DNA of 44,910 bases, counting the filler, from an uncultured virus (IMG/VR IMGVR_UViG_2049941000_000876) (Duplodnaviria > Heunggongvirae > Uroviricota > Caudoviricetes). It is 5 parts of one record of this genome, joined end to end, with 100 filler letters (N's around TTAATTAATTAA, not from the genome) between each part and the next. Parts side by side here need not be neighbours in the genome. Positions count along the whole stretch, not along the records: positions 38,508 to 44,910 come from IMGVR_UViG_2049941000_000876; 4 more parts are not named here. One strand, 5' to 3'. Of the stretch, positions 39,180 through 44,910 are shown piece by piece. Position numbers and translations under genes: made by a program. Numbering within the stretch: the first letter of the stretch is position 1; each line of letters begins with the position of its first letter. The notes beneath the pieces were generated by a model. The model was not told the DNA's origin, made no database searches, and was given only the letters and a program-made list of their open reading frames with translations.

Positions 39180-39599
39180 ATGAGTGATTGGAATGGATAT
39201 TTCATAAAAGCAACATCAACAGGACAGATTTTCCCTAATGAATATATAGCTTGGGAATCATATGAATCTGAGCCAAATCATAGGGAGGAGATAAAAGCAT
39301 ATCGTGATGATAACACAAGAGATTTGACTAGAGTAACGGCTGAGGGAACGAAAACTTCCCTCGCCTTCACTACTAGAGCTAATCTTCATTTAGAAGATAA
39401 GATGGCAATACAAGACTTCTTCACTGATGCTGAGAGCAGTTCTTTGGAGAGAAAAATAAATCTGCAATATTGGAATGATGAAGATAATACATATCATACC
39501 GCAGATTTTTATAGACCTGATATCAAGTTCCAAATTAAGAAGATAACAAGTAATGACATCATTTATAAAGAGATAAAGATAGACCTTGTAGAATACTGA
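39180..39599 (+). CDS. Distal tail (Dit)-like protein
   Basis: Directly after tape measure; beta-rich; GAGGTG RBS. Confidence 0.7.
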   Translation: MSDWNGYFIKATSTGQIFPNEYIAWESYESEPNHREEIKAYRDDNTRDLTRVTAEGTKTSLAFTTRANLHLEDKMAIQDFFTDAESSSLERKINLQYWNDEDNTYHTADFYRPDIKFQIKKITSNDIIYKEIKIDLVEY

Positions 39600-39607
39600 G
39601 GTGAAAT

Positions 39608-40347
39608 ATGGTTGCTGATAGAGAAACTTATATCTTAATATCNNNNNNNNNNAGATTAGATGAACTTATCGCTGAAAGAGTTCCTCAGTTTGGACAGATG
39701 TTCGCTACAAAGTTTGAGTGTACAGTTTATCTTGAGGAAGATTTAGCTGGCAAGTTTATCCATGTATATCAAGTAGTTAATGGTGTAAGTAGGGATGTAT
39801 TTGCAGGTAAAATAGATTCTTGTAAACTAGATAAAGTTGGTACAGACAGAAAGCTCATAGCTTATGATTTAGCCTATGAGAAAGGTCAACAGAATATAGC
39901 TCAATGGTGGGAGAGGTTTTGGACAGGAAAAACCTCTGCTACAATAAAACAGATTAGAGAATCATTGTTAAATTCAGTTGCTATAGTGTTTGAAAATGTG
40001 GAATTGCCTAATGATAATCTTGTAGTACATAAGAATGTTACTCTTACATCCTGTACAATGACAGCTATGCTAAGGATGCTGTGTGAGCTTAATTACTGCT
40101 TCCCTCATATGGGAAGAGATGGTCTTATGCAATTTATCATGCTCAATACTGAACCAGAGGAGATAAAAGATGTATCTGGTATGTATGAAGGCATGAATAG
40201 TACATTTGAAGATTTTGTAACTGCACCTATTACAGGAGTACAGTTTTACGATTCAGGAAGTGAATTAAAATATACTTGGGGAGATACAACAAACGCATAT
40301 CCTATAAAGCAGAATATCTTTTTGTATGACCAACCATCTTCTGTATT
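39608..40347 (+). CDS. Tail tip/hub protein start plus variant 1 of its N-terminal domain
   Basis: MVADRETYILIS then a fragment homologous to 40461-41155. Confidence 0.75.
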
Positions 40348-40357
40348 NNNNNNNNNN

Positions 40358-41155
40358 AGATGAAGGATTATTTCCTGCTGAATTTATTTATCCCAGTGAT
40401 GATTTATTCCCTGAGGATCCTAGTCTACGTCAAGTATCAAATATTGTAGCTGGTTCCTTAAGATTAGATGAGCTTATCGCTGAGAGGGTTCCTCAATTTG
40501 GACAGATGTTCGCTACAAAGTTTGAATGTACAGTTTATCTTGAGGAAGATTTAGCTGGCAAGTTTATCCATGTATATCAAGTAGTTAATGGTGTAAGTAG
40601 GGATGTATTTGCAGGTAAGATAGATTCTTGTAAACTAGATAAAGTTGGTACAGACAGAAAGCTCATAGCATATGATTTAGCTTATGAAAAAGGTCAACAG
40701 AATGTGGCTCAGTGGTGGGAAAGATTTTGGGCAAACAGAACATCGGCTACACTAAAACAGTTAAGAGATTCATTATTAAATTCAGTAAGTATTGTTTATG
40801 AAAATGTAGAATTACCTAATGATAATCTTGTAGTACATAAGAATGTCACTCTTACTTCCTGTACACTTACGGCTATGCTAAAGATGATTTGTGAGCTTAA
40901 TTATTGCTTTCCTCATATGGGAAGAGATGGCTTGATGGAGTTTATCGTACTCAATACTGAGCCCGAAGAGACAAAGAATCTTGTAGGTAAGTATGAAGGA
41001 CTCAACAGTACCTTTGAAGATTTTGTAACAGCACCTATTACTGGTGTACAGTTCTACGATTCCGATAGTGAATTAAAATACACAGTTGGACAAACAGAAA
41101 ATGCTTATCCTATAAAGCAGAATATCTTTTTGTATGACCAACCATCTTCTGTATT
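40358..41155 (+). CDS. Tail tip/hub protein N-terminal domain, variant 2
   Basis: TC|A GAT joins 39642; GLFPAEFIYPSDDLFP; ICELNYCFPHMGRDG. Confidence 0.78.
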
Positions 41156-41165
41156 NNNNNNNNNN

Positions 41166-44100
41166 TGATAACTTTGGTAAGAATATGCTTAATGGTGCAA
41201 AGAGGGCACTCGGAGCTTATCTCAAACTCATACCTGGTGTAGCATTATTTAGAAAGCACGTTGATAAGGCCGCTACATCTCAAAGAAGGCTTAATAAAGA
41301 GATTAACACAACAACAAAATCACATGGTGATTTTAATGAATCCATAAATCATGGCATCAAAAATCTTTTGAGATATGGTTTTGGTATCAGGTCATTGTTC
41401 GTGCTCTTTAATAGATTAAGACACACAATGATTGATGGATTAGGTCAACTATCTCAGAAATACTCAGAAGTAAACCAGCAAATGTCCTCAGTAATATCTT
41501 CTATGAATCAGATGAAGGCTGCGGTTACTTCTGTTGTTCAGCCACTGCTTAATGTTTTAGCGCCTGCGTTAGAAAAAATAGCGGCTGTAGTTGCTGATAT
41601 AGCATATAAAGTTGCTTCATTTATCGCCGCACTTACAGGACAGTCTTTTGTATTCAAAGCTACAAGACAGCAGGTTGATTATGCCGCTTCACTTGATAAA
41701 ACAGCTAAGTCAGCAAAAGAAGCAACAAAAGAACTTGGTAAGTATGATAAGTTGAATGTTATTCATAAAGATGACAAAGGTGGTTCTGATGATGGTGGAG
41801 TAGGAGCTATGGGATTTGAGAAGGTTCCTATAGATTCTACGATGGCAGATTGGGCTAAGAAATTCAAGGACTTCTTGAACAGATTATTTGCTCCTATAAA
41901 GAAAGCCTGGGAGAAGTGGAAAAACTTTGTTATAGCTGGTTGGAAATATGCTGGCAGAGAACTTCTTAAACTAGCAAAGGATATAGCTAGAGATTTCTGG
42001 AGAGTTTGGGAAGAGCCTGAAACTCAGTTAATATTTGAGAATATATTCCATACTCTTGGTAATATAGGATATATTGTTGGTAATCTTGCAAGAAACTTTA
42101 GAGAAGCTTGGAATGAAGCTGAGAATGGATATAGAATATTAAAGTCTATAAGAGATATCTTCTTAATTCTCTCCGATGCTTTAGTAAGAATATCAACATA
42201 TATGACAGCTTGGTCAGACCAGCTTAGTTTTATACCGCTTTTACATACTTTAGCAGATGTAATGGAGAAACAGCTTGTACCTGCTGTACAGAAAGTTGTT
42301 GATTTGTTTGTATATCTGTTTGATGAAATTATCCTTAAGATAGTAAAAGATTTCATAGAAAAAGGATTGCCACAAGCACTTAGAATTGCAGGTAATCTTG
42401 TAGAAGCTATTGGAAATATAGCTGAGAATCTTAGAATCGCACTTGAGGATAGTGATAGAGGCGTACAGATTGTTGAAAAGATAGAGGGTCTCATTGGAAT
42501 AGTGGCAGACCATATTGAGAGTGCATCAGAAAAGACAAAAGAATGGGCTGAAAATCTTGATTTTGCGCCTCTTCTTGAAGCCGCTGATAAATTCTTAGAT
42601 GATATGAAACCAGTTATTGCATTCATCTCAGATACACTTGAAAGATTGTGGGAAAATGTACTTCTTCCTTTCTGGAAATATCTTATAGAAGATGGATTCC
42701 CTAAGTTATTAGATACACTTGGAGAAATATCTAATAACATTGATTGGAATAAGCTTACAGAGAATATGAACAATCTTGTAGATGCTCTTGAACCAATCTT
42801 TGAATTTGCTTGGGAAGTATTGTTACAGATAATAGAAGACCTCGGCACAGCTTTTGGTGACTTCTTAAACTCAGATACTTTCAGCGGTGTTATACAGAAT
42901 ATCAAAGATTTTGCAGATTCATTAAATGAAATGACAGCAGAGGAGAGAGCACAAAAGGTACAAGAGTTTGCTAAGAATATTGAGAGCCTCGCTGGAAAGA
43001 TAATTGGATTTAAGGCAGCCCTAACTCTTGCAGATAAGTTTATATTACCATTTGTTGAAAATCTTATGACTTTCCAAAACGTTGCCAACAATATGCAGAT
43101 GCAAAAGAGTTTAGGCACAATAAGTAAAGACATCAAGGCATTGAAAGATGCGGCAAAAGGTGGGGCAACGGCAGTTGGAGCAAAAGGACTTGCTGGAGCA
43201 ATAGGTGGAGGAGAAGCTGGTGCAAGTGCGGGCTTAGTTGGTTCACTCGGTGCATTAGCTGTACCTATAGGTATAGTTGTAGGATTCTTAGTTTTAATGG
43301 TTGGTGCGTTTGGTGGTCTGGAAGAAACACTAAACAGATTCAAAGAACTGTTCGATGATGTAACCAAGTATTTTAAAGAGTTTGCAGAAGAAGCAGATAT
43401 CAGTGGTTCTTTAGATAATTTAAAAGAGAGTTTTGACCAATTAAAAGTAAGTCTTGAATTTTTACGTCCTATATTTGAGGTGTGGTTCCAATGGCTTGGA
43501 GCTATGATTAAGCTTGAGATTGGAAAAATTATCTCCGCAGTAGATTTTCTAATGACATTTATTAGTGGCTTCGTAAAATTTATTGGTGGTATCTTTAAAA
43601 CTATTGAAGGCGCAATAAAGATATTTGCAGGAGTGTTTACATTAAACTTTGATTTAGTAAAAGAAGGAATAACAGACTTTGGCACTGGCATAGAAAACAT
43701 ATTCAAAGGTGCTATAGATATAATCATCTCATTTGTAGAATTTTTCGCAGATAGGATAGCAAATCTTGTAGGAGTTATATTCCCAGATGCTAAGACTGCA
43801 ATACTTGGTTGGGTAGAAGATACTAAAAATGCTATTAGTGAGTGGGTGGATAAGGTAATTGGTTTCTTCTCAGATTTAAAATATAAACTCATTGGTGACC
43901 CGATTGTTTATGATATCAGAGATGGTATTATTGAAGCTTTTACTGAGTTCATAAAAGATACTTGGACAGATGTACAGACATGGGTTAAGAATTTACTGAC
44001 AAAGTTTACCGATTTTGGCAGAGATATTCTTACATCAATAAAGAATACATGGAGAGATGTGCTTAACGAAACTAAAAGGTCGTGGAATACATTTAAGTCC

Positions 44101-44351
44101 AGTATTGCTACTCATGCAAGAGAAGCGGTTAATAAGTTTAGAACAGAATTTAGTTCCTCTAAATTAGTGAGTATTGGTAAAAACTTTATCGGAGGACTCA
44201 TAGATGGTATTAAGCAAAAGGCATCCAGTCTTATGAGTACGATAAGTAGTGTATGTGGTGATGCAGTAAATGCAGTAAAGAGCGCATTTCAGATACACTC
44301 ACCTTCAAGAGTAATGATGGAAATTGGTAGATTTATAATGGAAGGATTGGC
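41166..44351 (+). CDS. Tape measure protein, central part
   Basis: Long Trp/Phe-periodic helical ORF; IHSPSRVM motif; variant pieces at 27337-27591 and 29090-29200. Confidence 0.9.
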
Positions 44352-44361
44352 NNNNNNNNNN

Positions 44362-44910
44362 GCCTTCCAACAAACGATGCAAACGAGGAACATATCTGGT
44401 GTCGCTACAAAAAGCATAACTTCTCGGTTTGTCGGCGGGAGTTGTCAATCTCGTGTATGGTACCACGTCTCCGTCTGGTGTCGTCCAATCCATACCTAAT
44501 TTGATATTGGCAAACTGACTTTGGGGAATGCGATAAAAGTCTACCATCTCCCTATTGATATGTGGCAACGTAGGTTTCTCCCTAAAAAGGAATCCGCAAC
44601 ATTTCACGCGGTGCTCCAAAGGAATGCTCTCTACCGTCAAACTCCTATCCTCATAAATCACTTGATGTTTGTTGGTTAACACCTCATGGAAATAAACCTT
44701 ATAACTCAAGTCCTCACAAAACAAGGCTAACTGGGCATTGAGAATGGGTTCTAATTCTCCTGGGGCATAAATATGGAGCGAAGCCGTGCGACCTAACAAG
44801 CCAAACGTGGAAAGCATACCTATCAAGCCAAAGCAATGGTCACCATGTAAATGTGAGATGAAAACACAGGAAATACGGTTGAAATGAATATGTGCGCGAC
44901 GAAGGGACAT
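44362..44910 (-). CDS. rnz: Ribonuclease Z, internal part (Bacteroidales)
   Basis: FISHLHGDHCFGL, LEHRVKCCGFLF, RSYAFCSDT. Confidence 0.93.

Noticed and set aside
39653..41155. Duplicated tail segments as DGR template/variable repeats or invertible cassettes
   Set aside because: No reverse transcriptase or invertase; differences are not adenine-specific; duplicates occur across all modules, consistent with strain variants.
42024..43892. 622-aa antisense ORF
   Set aside because: Shadow of the tape measure gene's codon bias; no recognisable protein features.

Overview
The window is a gapped, partly scrambled metagenomic pseudo-molecule: five scaffolds joined by N-TTAATTAATTAA-N linkers, plus many 10-N gaps. 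Most of it is an AT-rich siphophage of Firmicutes type (Clostridia-like by inference), present as at least two strain variants. It contains a small-gene early region (1-7640), terS, a terL interrupted by a group I intron with an HNH endonuclease, free-standing HNH genes, head, neck and tail genes, a lysis cassette and a post-lysin module of unknown function. Interleaved at gaps are Bacteroidales (Prevotella-like) chromosomal fragments (ansA, rubrerythrin, AraC, dapA, uxaC, truA, ECF sigma, RNase Z), most likely mis-scaffolded. The displaced phage pieces rejoin codon-perfectly. Most unusual signals: a ~950-nt early gene island with no CC and only 4 GG, near non-coding DNA packed with GGCC; promoter-overlapping hairpins that hide the RBS of all three homing endonuclease genes; an apparently inactivated GIY-YIG protein in the neck operon; and a Q-rich/Cys-Cys-Cys/putative peptidase module after the lysin.
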